Positions 25,316 to 38,918 of a stretch of 64,000 nt of DNA are shown here, piece after piece. The stretch's first letter is position 1; each line of letters begins with the position of its first letter. Both the position numbers and the translations under genes were made by a program. Under the pieces are notes generated by a model, which was not told the origin of the DNA, did not search any database, and saw only the letters and a list, made by a program, of their open reading frames with translations. The stretch is from Balanoglossus misakiensis (Eukaryota > Animalia > Hemichordata), in assembly GCA_040954595.2 (NCBI GenBank), contig CM082586.2:11005337-11069336 (forward strand), read 5' to 3'.

Positions 25316-28281
25316 CCAGAGCACACAGTAACCAGGCCATAGTGGACAGTGTTCTGCCCATTAATTTTGAGTGTTTGGTGGGGTCAACATTTGCGTCAAC
25401 ATTAACCAGAGCACACAGTAACCAGGCCGTAGTGGACAGTGTTCTGCCCATTAATTTTGAGTGTTTGGTGGGTCAACCTTTGCGTCAACATTAACTAGGC
25501 CAGAGTGGCCAGTATCGTGCCCATTAATTTTGAGTGTTTGGTGGGGTCAACCTTTGCGTCAACATTAACTAGGCCAGAGTGGCCAGTATCATGCCCATTA
25601 ATTTTGAGTGTTTGGTGGGGTCAACCTTTGCGTCAACATTAACTAGGCCAGAGTGGCCAGTATCCTGCCCATTAATTTTGAGTGTTTGGTGGGGTCAACC
25701 TTTGCATCAACATTAACCAGGCCAGAGTGGCCAGTGTCGTGCCCATTAATTTTGAGTTTTTGGTGGGGTCAACCTTGGCATCAACATTAACTAGGCCAGA
25801 GTGGCCAGTATCGTGCCCATTAATTTTGAGTGTTTGGTGGGGTCAACCTTTGCGTCAACATTAACTAGGCCAGAGTGGCCAGTATCGTGCCCATTAATTT
25901 TGAGTGTTTGGTGGGGGTCAACCTTTGCGTCAACATTAACCAGAGCACACAGTAACCAGGCCGTAGTGGACAGTGTTCTGCCCATTAATTTTGAGTGTTT
26001 GGTGGGGTCAACCTTTGCGTCAACATTAACTAGGCCAGAGTGGCCAGTATCGTGCCCATTAATTTTGTGTGTTTGGTGGGGTCAACCTTTGCGTCAACAT
26101 TAACTAGGCCAGAGTGGCCAGTATCATGCCCATTAATTTTGAGTGTTTGGTGGGGTCAACCTTTGCGTCAACATTAACTAGGCCAGAGTGGCCAGTATCC
26201 TGCCCATTAATTTTGAGTGTTTGGTGGGGTCAACCTTTGCATCAACATTAACCAGGCCAGAGTGGCCAGTGTCATGCCCATTAATTTTGAGTTTTTGGTG
26301 GGGTCAACCTTGGCATCAACATTAACTAGGCCAGAGTGGCCAGTATCGTGCCCATTAATTTTGAGTGTTTGGTGGGGTCAACCTTTGCGTCAACATTAAC
26401 TAGGCCAGAGTGGCCAGTATCGTGCCTATTAATTTTGAGTGTTTGGTGGGGGTCAACCTTTGCGTCAACATTAACCAGAGCACACAGTAACCAGGCCGTA
26501 GTGGACAGTGTTCTGCCCATTAATTTTGAGTGTTTGGTGGGGTCAACCTTTGCGTCAACATTAACCAGAGCACACAGTAACCAGGCCTTAGTGGACAGTG
26601 TGCTGCCCATTAATTTTGAGTGTTTGGTGGGGTCAACCTTTGCGTCAACATTAACCAGAGCACACAGTAACCAGGCCATAGTGGACAGTGTTCTGCCCAT
26701 TAATTTTGAGTGTTTGGTGGGGTCAACCTTTGCGTCAACATTAACCAGAGCACACAGTAACCAGGCCGTAGTGGACAGTGTTCTGCCCATTAATTTTGAG
26801 TGTTTGGTGGGGTCAACCTTTGCGTCAACATTAACCAGAGCACACAGTAACCAGGCCGTAGTGGACAGTGTTCTGCCCATTAATTTTGAGTGTTTGGTGG
26901 GGTCAACCTTTGCGTCAACATTAACCAGAGCACACAGTAACCAGGCCATAGTGGACAGTGTTCTGCCCATTAATTTTGAGTGTTTGGTGGGGTCAACCTT
27001 TGCGTCAACATTAACCAGAGCACACAGTAACCAGGCCGTAGTGGACAGTGTTCTGCCCATTAATTTTGAGTGTTTGGTGGGGTCAACCTTTGCGTCAACA
27101 TTAACCAGAGCACACAGTAACCAGGCCATAGTGGACAGTATGCTGCCCATTGATTTTGAGTGTTTGGTGGCGTCAACCTTTGCGTCAACATTAACCAGAG
27201 CACACAATAACCAGGCCGTAGTGGACAGTGTTCTGCCCATTAATTTTGAGTGTTTGGTGGGGTCAACCTTTGCGTCAACATTAACCAGAGCACACAGTAA
27301 CCAGGCCATAGTGGACAGTGTTCTGCCCATTAATTTTGAGTGTTTGGTGGGGTCAACCTTTGCGTCAACATTAACCAGAGCACACAGTAACCAGGCCGTA
27401 GTGGACAGTGTGCTGCCCATTAATTTTGAGTGTTTGGTGGGGTCAACCTTTGCGTCAACATTAACCAGAGCACACAGTAACCAGGCCATAGTGGACAGTG
27501 TGCTGCCCATTAATTTTGAGTGTTTGGTGGGGTCAACCTTTGCGTCAACATTAACCAGAGCACACAGTAACCAGGCCATAGTGGACAGTGTTCTGCCCAT
27601 TAATTTTGAGTGTTTGGTGGGGTCAACCTTTGCGTCAACATTAACCAGAGCACACAGTAACCAGGCCGTAGTGGACAGTGTTCTGCCCATTAATTTTGAG
27701 TGTTTGGTGGGGTCAACCATTGCGTCAACATTAACCAGAGCACACAGTAACCAGGCCGTAGTGGACAGTGTTCTGCCCATTAATTTTGAGTGTTTGGTGG
27801 GGTCAACCTTTGCGTCAACATTAACCAGAGCACACAGTAACCAGGCCATAGTGGACAGTGTTCTGCCCATTAATTTTGAGTGTTTGGTGGGGTCAACCTT
27901 TGCGTCAACATTAACCAGAGCACACAGTAACCAGGCCGTAGTGGACAGTGTTCTGCCCATTAATTTTGAGTGTTTGGTGGGGTCAACCTTTGCGTCAACA
28001 TTAACCAGAGCACACAGTAACCAGGCCATAGTGGACAGTGTGCTGCCCATTAATTTTGAGTGTTTGGTGGGGTCAACCTTTGCGTCAACATTAACCAGAG
28101 CACAGAGTAACCAGGCCATAGTGGACAGTGTTCTGCCCATTAATTTTGAGTGTTTGGTGGGGTCAACCTTTGCGTCAACATTAATCAGAGCACACAGTAA
28201 CCAGGCCGTAGTGGACAGTGTTCTGCCCATTAATTTTGAGTGTTTGGTGGGGTCAACCTTTGCGTCAACATTAACCAGAGC

Positions 28282-29112
28282 CACGGTTACTAGAAGAAGA
28301 CGGTTAGGAAACTATTTTTTCTCCATTGTTAGATGCTCGCCTCGGTAAACACTTAGTGTAAACGAAAGATATCAGGTGCTAACGAGCCTGGCCGTACGAA
28401 TAATGACGTCATTCCCCCACAATCCAAAGCAAACCATACTCGTGTTTACGGAATTGCTTGCACGCACAGTACGTAGACCACCAGAATTGAAGAAAACAGA
28501 ACAGAGGATGGATAATTTATAAAGTCACAACACATTTATGACAATTTTGAACTTTCAAGGACATGATGAAGCCATACATTCTTTGTCTTGACTGTGCCCT
28601 AGAGATTCGATGCGAACCAAAACAAACAAGATGGCCGCCAAAGGCTATATCGATAATGTTAAATTAACGACTGTATCGAAATGGGTATGCAATGAATCTC
28701 AACGAAATATTCCAATTGGAATAAACGAAATAGCCCATGCAATACAAAAAGGTGTAAAATATCTAAATATATTTAAAAAAAACAGAAATGCGACCATCAG
28801 GGTTGAATTCTAGGGGTTCAAAATTCGACGCTATTTGAATCCGGATTTTAAGTTAACCACCCAAGAAACAATGGTAGAGTGTCACAAGCCCAACAGACTA
28901 TGACCGTGCACTCCATAAGCCTATATGGAATTCGTACAAAAAAAAGTGGCGCTGTACTCTGACGAAAAAGGGCAGATGAAGGGGTTCAAAAATTAGCTAC
29001 GTTCCCCAATACAACCCCACATAGCGGTTCGGACATGGACTCTCCTAGCTAACACCTCGTTCACACCTTCCGAACAATAGAGTTTCCTAACCGTCTTCTT
29101 CTAGTAACCGTG
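28282..29112. mobile_element. Second, apparently identical copy of the 831-bp TIR element
   Basis: Same TIRs, TSD and neighbouring satellite variants; offset 3797 bp. Confidence 0.92.
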
Positions 29113-32100
29113 CCAGAGCACACAGTAACCAGGCCATAGTGGACAGTGTTCTGCCCATTAATTTTGAGTGTTTGGTGGGGTCAACATTTGCGTCAACATT
29201 AACCAGAGCACACAGTAACCAGGCCGTAGTGGACAGTGTTCTGCCCATTAATTTTGAGTGTTTGGTGGGGTCAACCTTTGCGTCAACATTAACTAGGCCA
29301 GAGTGGCCAGTATCGTGCCCATTAATTTTGAGTGTTTGGTGGGGTCAACCTTTGCGTCAACATTAACTAGGCCAGAGTGGCCAGTATCATGCCCATTAAT
29401 TTTGAGTGTTTGGTGGGGTCAACCTTTGCGTCAACATTAACTAGGCCAGAGTGGCCAGTATCCTGCCCATTAATTTTGAGTGTTTGGTGGGGTCAACCTT
29501 TGCATCAACATTAACCAGGCCAGAGTGGCCAGTGTCGTGCCCATTAATTTTGAGTTTTTGGTGGGGTCAACCTTGGCATCAACATTAACTAGGCCAGAGT
29601 GGCCAGTATCGTGCCCATTAATTTTGAGTGTTTGGTGGGGTCAACCTTTGCGTCAACATTAACTAGGCCAGAGTGGCCAGTATCGTGCCCATTAATTTTG
29701 AGTGTTTGGTGGGGGTCAACCTTTGCGTCAACATTAACCAGAGCACACAGTAACCAGGCCGTAGTGGACAGTGTTCTGCCCATTAATTTTGAGTGTTTGG
29801 TGGGGTCAACCTTTGCGTCAACATTAACTAGGCCAGAGTGGCCAGTATCGTGCCCATTAATTTTGTGTGTTTGGTGGGGTCAACCTTTGCGTCAACATTA
29901 ACTAGGCCAGAGTGGCCAGTATCATGCCCATTAATTTTGAGTGTTTGGTGGGGTCAACCTTTGCGTCAACATTAACTAGGCCAGAGTGGCCAGTATCCTG
30001 CCCATTAATTTTGAGTGTTTGGTGGGGTCAACCTTTGCATCAACATTAACCAGGCCAGAGTGGCCAGTGTCATGCCCATTAATTTTGAGTTTTTGGTGGG
30101 GTCAACCTTGGCATCAACATTAACTAGGCCAGAGTGGCCAGTATCGTGCCCATTAATTTTGAGTGTTTGGTGGGGTCAACCTTTGCGTCAACATTAACTA
30201 GGCCAGAGTGGCCAGTATCGTGCCCATTAATTTTGAGTGTTTGGTGGGGGTCAACCTTTGCGTCAACATTAACCAGAGCACACAGTAACCAGGCCGTAGT
30301 GGACAGTGTTCTGCCCATTAATTTTGAGTGTTTGGTGGGGTCAACCTTTGCGTCAACATTAACCAGAGCACACAGTAACCAGGCCTTAGTGGACAGTGTG
30401 CTGCCCATTAATTTTGAGTGTTTGGTGGGGTCAACCTTTGCGTCAACATTAACCAGAGCACACAGTAACCAGGCCATAGTGGACAGTGTTCTGCCCATTA
30501 ATTTTGAGTGTTTGGTGGGGTCAACCTTTGCGTCAACATTAACCAGAGCACACAGTAACCAGGCCGTAGTGGACAGTGTTCTGCCCATTAATTTTGAGTG
30601 TTTGGTGGGGTCAACCTTTGCGTCAACATTAACCAGAGCACACAGTAACCAGGCCGTAGTGGACAGTGTTCTGCCCATTAATTTTGAGTGTTTGGTGGGG
30701 TCAACCTTTGCGTCAACATTAACCAGAGCACACAGTAACCAGGCCGTAGTGGACAGTGTTCTGCCCATTAATTTTGAGTGTTTGGTGGGGTCAACCTTTG
30801 CGTCAACATTAACCAGAGCACACAGTAACCAGGCCGTAGTGGACAGTGTTCTGCCCATTAATTTTGAGTGTTTGGTGGGGTCAACCTTTGCGTCAACATT
30901 AACCAGAGCACACAGTAACCAGGCCATAGTGGACAGTATGCTGCCCATTGATTTTGAGTGTTTGGTGGCGTCAACCTTTGCGTCAACATTAACCAGAGCA
31001 CACAATAACCAGGCCGTAGTGGACAGTGTTCTGCCCATTAATTTTGAGTGTTTGGTGGGGTCAACCTTTGCGTCAACATTAACCAGAGCACACAGTAACC
31101 AGGCCATAGTGGACAGTGTTCTGCCCATTAATTTTGAGTGTTTGGTGGGGTCAACCTTTGCGTCAACATTAACCAGAGCACACAGTAACCAGGCCGTAGT
31201 GGACAGTGTGCTGCCCATTAATTTTGAGTGTTTGGTGGGGTCAACCTTTGCGTCAACATTAACTAGGCCAGAGTGGCCAGTATCGTGCCCATTAATTTTG
31301 AGTGTTTGGTGGGGGTCAACCTTTGCGTCAACATTAACTAGGCCAGAGTGGCCAGTATCCTGCCCATTAATTTTGAGTGTTTGGTGGGGTCAACCTTTGC
31401 ATCAACATTAACCAGAGCACACAGTAACCAGGCCATAGTGGACAGTGTTCTGCCCATTAATTTTGAGTGTTTGGTGGGGTCAACCTTTGCATCAACATTA
31501 ACCAGAGCACACAGTAACCAGGCCGTAGTGGACAGTGTGCTGCCCATTAATTTTGAGTGTTTGGTGGGGTCAACCTTTGCGTCAACATTAACCAGAGCAC
31601 ACAGTAACCAGGCCATAGTGGACAGTATGCTGCCCATTGATTTTGAGTGTTTGGTGGGGTCAACCTTTGCGTCAACATTAACTAGGCCAGAGTGGCCAGT
31701 ATCGTGCCCATTAATTTTGAGTGTTTGGTGGGGGTCAACCTTTGCGTCAACATTAACCAGAGCACACAGTAACCAGGCCGTAGTGGACAGTGTTCTGCCC
31801 ATTAATTTTGAGTGTTTGGTGGGGTCAACCTTTGCGTCAACATTAACCAGAGCACACAGTAACCAGGCCTTAGTGGACAGTGTGCTGCCCATTAATTTTG
31901 AGTGTTTGGTGGGGTCAACCTTTGCGTCAACATTAACCAGAGCACACAGTAACCAGGCCATAGTGGACAGTGTTCTGCCCATTAATTTTGAGTGTTTGGT
32001 GGGGTCAACCTTTGCGTCAACATTAACCAGAGCACACAGTAACCAGGCCGTAGTGGACAGTGTTCTGCCCATTAATTTTGAGTGTTTGGTGGGGTCAACC

Positions 32101-34267
32101 TTTGCGTCAACATTAACCAGAGCACACAGTAACCAGGCCGTAGTGGACAGTGTTCTGCCCATTAATTTTGAGTGTTTGGTGGGGTCAACCTTTGCGTCAA
32201 CATTAACCAGAGCACACAGTAACCAGGCCATAGTGGACAGTGTTCTGCCCATTAATTTTGAGTGTTTGGTGGGGTCAACCTTTGCGTCAACATTAACCAG
32301 AGCACACAGTAACCAGGCCGTAGTGGACAGTGTTCTGCCCATTAATTTTGAGTGTTTGGTGGGGTCAACCTTTGCGTCAACATTAACCAGAGCACACAGT
32401 AACCAGGCCGTAGTGGACAGTGTTCTGCCCATTAATTTTGAGTGTTTGGTGGGGTCAACCTTTGCGTCAACATTAACCAGAGCACACAGTAACCAGGCCA
32501 TAGTGGACAGTATGCTGCCCATTGATTTTGAGTGTTTGGTGGGGTCAACCTTTGCGTCAACATTAACCAGAGCACACAGTAACCAGGCCATAGTGGACAG
32601 TGTTCTGCCCATTAATTTTGAGTGTTTGGTGGGGTCAACCTTTGCGTCAACATTAACCAGAGCACACAGTAACCAGGCCGTAGTGGACAGTGTGCTGCCC
32701 ATTAATTTTGAGTGTTTGGTGGGGTCAACCTTTGCGTCAACATTAACTAGGCCAGAGTGGCCAGTATCGTGCCCATTAATTTTGAGTGTTTGGTGGGGGT
32801 CAACCTTTGCGTCAACATTAACTAGGCCAGAGTGGCCAGTATCCTGCCCATTAATTTTGAGTGTTTGGTGGCGTCAACCTTTGCGTCAACATTAACCAGA
32901 GCACACAATAACCAGGCCGTAGTGGACAGTGTTCTGCCCATTAATTTTGAGTGTTTGGTGGGGTCAACCTTTGCGTCAACATTAACCAGAGCACACAATA
33001 ACCAGGCCGTAGTGGACAGTGTTCTGCCCATTAATTTTGAGTGTTTGGTGGGGTCAACCTTTGCGTCAACATTAACCAGAGCACACAGTAACCAGGCCAT
33101 AGTGGACAGTGTTCTGCCCATTAATTTTGAGTGTTTGGTGGGGTCAACCTTTGCGTCAACATTAACCAGAGCACACAGTAACCAGGCCGTAGTGGACAGT
33201 GTGCTGCCCATTAATTTTGAGTGTTTGGTGGGGTCAACCTTTGCGTCAACATTAAGCAGGCCAGACAGTAACCAGGCCAGAGTGGACAGTATCCTGCCTA
33301 TTAATTTTGAGTGATTTGTGGGTCAATTTGATCAAATACTGCCTACCGCTGGCACTGCATATTTGAAGAAATGTGAAAAGATGGCAAGACAGGTTTGGTA
33401 AATGTGGGCCCCCTAACTGAAGCAAAAGCACAAACTTAAAACAAAGATATGAATTTGGAAGAGTTTTATTTATTACATATGAAAAATAATGAAGACTTAT
33501 GCTTCAAAGTAAGTATCGACGGAGTCGAACCGCCAATGCTGCAATGGCATTATACCCATAATACTTTTTTGCTTTTTGCATGAATTTCATTATTTTTCAT
33601 ATGCTGTGCAGCTAAAGTGTGGCTAGATGGCTAACTGCTGATGTAAAATATCTTGCATACCAATTTGGAACAATTACCCCAAGTAGTGGTCAAACAGAAA
33701 CAATGCTTGCATTCAATTTAAAACAAGGTGACAAAAGTGGTTGAAATGAAACAATAAGCAAAAACAGTGTTTATCAAACTGAAATAATGTGGTCGAAATG
33801 AAACAATGAGCAAAAACAGTGTTTATCAAACTGAAATAATGTGCCAAAATAGCTCCTGTTGATATTGCACAAAATTAACTGTTGCATTCTACCCTTGAGT
33901 TAATTTTTATTTCCAGGCAATTATGTGCTTAATACTAAATATTATCTATGGGTACAAACCATCAGTTTCTTAAGTGCAAATCGCAAGAAGCTCCCCCATA
34001 CAATTTTAGTGTTTTTTTAAATCAAGCAAGATAATTACATACTGTGTGATAAACTAACTAACTTTACGCGCCTGGGGACAGTTAAAAACCTCGAGCCAAA
34101 TATAAAATGAGGAAAAACTGCCCCCTCCCCCGTTGTGAATTTTAAAAGGTTGGGGCTCAAACTAACCAGAATTGTCTTGCCGACTCCTATTTTTCTGTGT
34201 ACATTTTGATGTATTGTTGTTACGCGAGATTGAGGATTCGTGTTGATGCGGGAATTACGATGACGAA

Positions 34268-34465
34268 AGCAAAAAATCCATCGGCGAATCAAACGGGCAC
34301 ACGGCGAAATTCCATTACACGACGATCCAACTGCGATGAAGAACGCGAACGCGGGTAACGTTGTAAAAAATCCATCGGCGAATCAAACGGGCACACGGCG
34401 AAATTCCATTACATGACGAGCGACCTGCAATGAAGAACGCGAACGCGGGTAATGCTGCAAAAAAT
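34268..34465. repeat. CpG-rich tandem duplication, about 94 bp x2
   Basis: aaaaaatccatcggcgaatcaaacgggcacacggcgaaattccattaca...gaagaacgcgaacgcgggtaa occurs twice. Confidence 0.85.
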
Positions 34466-34889
34466 CCGCAGACAATTATTACACGAATGCATAGCAACAA
34501 TTATTTTACCCAACCTGACACTAATAAATTACCCAATGATTTTAAATTTCTTATTATTACACCCCAACTAATCATTATACCTTTGTAATATTAACACCGT
34601 TTATACACATCCCATAATGTTTATACCATCAAGTTAATACCATTTTATTATTATTATACCACCAAAACCATGTGTTACCCATTTTTTTTATTATTACACC
34701 ATTGATGTTAACATCTTTATATATTATACCGGTATTTACCCTCTGTACATGTACAGTTTTTATTTACCACGTGGCATTACTCATGTTTTTATAGTATTTT
34801 AATTACTTATCATACCCTTGAAACCATAATATTATACCCTTGCAGACAGTTTTATTATAGTACCCTTGTGCACAATGTCTTATTAGTCA

Positions 34890-35068
34890 TCATACACCAA
34901 CCCTTCACCATTTCATTAGATTATACCATTTTTATTAGCCTAACCTGTTTATACACCAACCCTTCACCATTCCGTTAGATTATACCATTTTTTATTACCC
35001 TAACATATTCATACACCAACCCTTTACCATTCCCTCAGATTAAACCATTTTTATTAGCCTAACCTATT
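34890..35068. repeat. Tandem repeat, about 59 bp x3
   Basis: atacaccaacccttcaccatt...agattataccatttttattagcctaac occurs three times. Confidence 0.85.
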
Positions 35069-35249
35069 GACAGCATCCCTCTGGTTTTGATATTGTTATC
35101 TGGTGCGGCGTTGTTGTAGATATTGATTAGACTCCCTCCGGCGATGATAATACCAATGAACCTATTGAAAAAAAAGAATGAATATTATTTATTAGATCAG
35201 ATCAACAAATCATGGCGTCGTTCATCCCTCTGGTCACAGGAGCATCATC

Positions 35250-36025
35250 TGGCGTCGTTACAGGTTTAAGTTCATCCCTCCAGTACAGTATAAGGTGGCG
35301 GCGTCGTTACAAGTATTAAGTTCATCTCTCCAGTACAGTATTAGGTGGCGGCGGCGTTACAAGTATTAACTTCATCTCTCCAGTACAGTATTAGGTGGCG
35401 GCGTCGTTACAAGTATTAACTTCATCTCTCCAGTACAGTATTAGGTGGCGGCGTCGTTACAAGTTTAAGTTCATCCCTCCAGTACAGTATTAGGTGGCGG
35501 CGTCGTTACAAGTATTAACTTCATCTCTCCAGTACAGTATTAGGTGGCGGCGTCGTTACAAGTATTAACTTCATCTCTCCAGTACAGTATTAGGTGGCGG
35601 CGTCGTTACAAGTATTAACTTCATCTCTCCAGTACAGTATTAGGTGGCGGCGTCGTTACAAGTATTAACTTCATCTCTCCAGTACAGTATTAGGTGGCGG
35701 CGTCGTTACAAGTATTAACTTCATCTCTCCAGTACAGTATTAGGTGGCGGCGTCGTTACAAGTATTAACTTCATCTCTCCAGTACAGTATTAGGTGGCGG
35801 CGTCGTTACAAGTATTAACTTCATCTCTCCAGTACAGTATTAGGTGGCGGCGTCGTTACAAGTATTAAGTTCATCTCTCCAGTACAGTATTAGGTGGCGG
35901 CGTCGTTACAAGTATTAACTTCATCTCTCCAGTACAGTATTAGGTGGCGGCGTCGTTACAAGTTTAAGTTCATACCTCCAGTACAGTATTAGGTGGCGAC
36001 GTCGTTACAAATATTACACTCCCTC
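35250..36025. repeat. Minisatellite, 50-bp unit, about 15 copies
   Basis: cagtacagtattaggtggcggcgtcgttacaagtattaacttcatctctc in tandem. Confidence 0.97.
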
Positions 36026-36790
36026 CAGCAGCAGTGTTACCAAAGAACCTAATGTAAAAAAAGAATGAAATTATTTTAATAATCTGATTAGGTCAAGTCA
36101 TCATATTGATAAAGAAAACGACAAGAAGAAATCATTTAAAAATTAACGCTGCCAGCACCATTGGTTGGGCCCAAACGGTTCCCATGGTTACCAGGGTATG
36201 CCAAGGCTGTATTCTGCTGTGAATACCAAGATATATGAAAGCTGGTCAAAGGTTACCCCAGGGTCATTGAAAATCGCAAAAAATAGCGTCAAGGACACTG
36301 TGGTCTCATTTAGTGATTACACTAGAAAAAGTCTACACAGGAGTACAGACAGACAGACACACACATAGAGAGGCAATAAAATATGATGCCCCCCCCAGCC
36401 CCGAAAACATCTTGATCTTATGTATGCTGGCCTGGTACAATAGACAAACCAGCCAATTAATGAAAATTTTGTACAAATACAGAGCTCAAAGTTGCATTTT
36501 AGTGAGCCCAAAAGCAAATTAACTCAATGTTACGACAAATTTTACTTTTGCCACTCAAAGTTTGCATCGGTGGGGTGGGATGGCAAGTACTCTTCCCTGA
36601 TACAATAGACAAACCAGCCAATAAATGAAATGAGGTGAAGAATGAAGGTGAAGAATGAATAACTTTATTTGATTCCATTATCTAAACAAACACATCCAAT
36701 TAACTTCCTACTCAAATTTCAAAGTAATCAGTCATAGGTTTTGTAAATCATCATGAGAAATCACCCTGAAACCAAATCAAATCAAAAATC

Positions 36791-37086
36791 ATATAAGCCT
36801 AGTCGGGCTCTGCGCTCCAGCTCAAGGAACCAGTTGTGTGTACCAAAGTACAGACTCAAAACATATGGTGGATGTGCCTTTTCCCTTGTCGCGCCACAAC
36901 TTTGGAATCTCTGCCATCTGACATTCAACAGGCTTCTAGTCTCAACATTTTCAAACAAAAACTCAAGACATTTCTATTTGTCAAAGCCTACGAACACTGA
37001 TGTTATACTTTCAGCGCCTTTGGAAATAACATTGTTATTGATTCTGGCGCTTTATAAATGTTTGTTTTGATTTGATTTGATTTGAT
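36791..37086 (+). mobile_element. 5'-truncated LINE 3' end (L2/CR1-group ORF2 C-terminus plus 3' UTR)
   Basis: YKPSRALRSSSRNQLCVPKYRLKTYGGCAFSLVAPQLWN, frameshift, LPSDIQQASSLNIFKQKLKTFLF; then a 3' stem agcgcc...ggcgct and a (TTTGA)n tail. Confidence 0.88.
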
Positions 37087-37521
37087 CCCCCAAAAATATA
37101 CTATTCAATTCATCAAGTTGATTTGAAAAACATACATGCAAATCTTACTTGAGCTACCCCTAACATGACTAACACATTTTAAAGCAATGGAACAAGCGGT
37201 TTTAGAGAAAAAAAATTAATTAAACAAGGCTGAAATTGCTCCAAAATTATCAATATGCAAATTTTGCAACATTTCAACAAAAGTATTGTAACTCATATCA
37301 CCTACATGAAGCTTCATACTAAATTTTTTTTACCACAAATGAGGAAAAAGGCAAAAAATGCATAAAATAGAACATTCAAACTATTAGTTAAAAAAATACA
37401 GGATTGTATGTGGTTGACATAAGGTACTTGCATACCAATTGTCAAATCAATCTGTAAATTATCATGAGAACAAACCCTGAAACCTTCAAATCAAATTTCA
37501 AAGCAGTGGGGGTAAAGGGGG

Positions 37522-38138
37522 CACAGTACGATATTTTACCCACAACTCTCCATGATTTGTATCATCGAGATTGTCCATTTAATTACTTTCTGTTTTAGAT
37601 ACTAACAATGATATGAAGTACATATAACTGTATTAAGATTTATCTAGAAAAAGTATGTTGAGGAATTAGAGTGAAAATTTCAAAATCAAGATTTAAAAGC
37701 CATAGAAATCAAAGTATTCATTCATGTACGTCAAATGTCACACTTAGGAGGAAAGAAGCAATGACTAACTGAGGTGGCCAGTCTCTGTTGAAAGTCAACA
37801 TGTAAATTTCCATTGTTCTGTCTATAGAAAAAAATCAATATTGTTTTGTTTGATTAAACAAGTGTTTCAAGTGTCCCTGTTTTACTTCAAACTTTTTTGT
37901 ATCGGCTGGCTATGCAATTGCTTATTTTATAAAATTTGTATCTCCTCTTTCAATAATGCATGATTTTGTTTATCATTTGAAATGGTAATTGACAATAAGA
38001 TTCGCCTTTAAAGCATGCTCTCAAAATTTGTATTAGTGGTCTACAATTTTCTCTACACATGTGAACTTTGCCTGGTTTGACCGAGTAATCTCTGGTTGTA
38101 CAAACCAGAGTGATTCATGGGATATTTCACGTACTGTG
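37522..38138. mobile_element. 617-bp non-autonomous Transib/RAG-like element
   Basis: GGGGG | CACAGTACG...CGTACTGTG | GGGGG; imperfect TIR similarity extends about 50 bp; inserted in a HINE core. Confidence 0.7.
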
Positions 38139-38918
38139 GGGGGTTCTGAGAAGAGTTTTGACCAAAAATGGCAAAAATCATCCCAAAAATATACTATTCA
38201 ATTCATCAAGTTGATTTGAAAAACATACATGCAAATCTTACTTGGGCTACCCCTAATATGACTAACAAATTTCAAAGCAATGTAACAACCGGTTTAAAAA
38301 AAAAATTCAAAAACGGCCGAAATTGCTCCAAAATTATGAATATGCAAATTTTGCAACATTTTAACAAAAGTATGCTAACTCATATCACCTATATGAAGCT
38401 TCATACTAAATTTCAAAGAAGTCGTCTCATCAATTTTAGAAAAGTAGATGTTTTACCAAAAATGAGGAAAAAGGCAAAAAATGCATAAAAATAGAACATT
38501 CAAACTATTCAAAATACAGGACTGTATGTGGTTGACATAAGGTACTTGCATACCAATTGTCAAATCAATCTGACCAGTGGTTTTGACCAATTTCAAATTT
38601 TCCCAGCTAATTTGCATTTATTTAACAATTTCAACTGAATATGGCTGCCAGGTCAAATGACTGATTTGAATTTCAAGGTGCACACTCATTGGCAAGGACA
38701 ACTGTGACAAATTCAAGAAGCATAGGTGTGGCAGGTTTTCAGAGCAAGGTGTAAAAAATATCCAGGGAATGGGGCCCAAGCTCCTAAAAACCCAGCACAA
38801 TACCAATAGGGACTCATATTACTAACAAAGTGTAAGCCTGTAATAAGTCAAAAGCTGCACATCTTTTTACCACCTCGTGCCAGTACTAAGCAATAAGACT
38901 TTTTATAGAGTTGTTTAA

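Larger units (their letters stand above)
15218..33325. repeat. Satellite array of about 18 kb: 90-bp monomer plus a 74-bp variant, with higher-order repeats
   Basis: Monomer accagagcacacagtaaccaggccRtagtggacagtgtKctgcccattaattttgagtgtttggtggggtcaacctttgcgtcaacatta; variant actaggccagagtggccagtatcgtgccc... Monomers are nearly identical across 18.6-24.5 kb. Confidence 0.99.

Noticed and set aside
15218-36025. Repeat arrays as CRISPR-like loci
   Set aside because: The units are contiguous tandem copies without unique spacers, there are no cas genes, and the DNA is eukaryotic.
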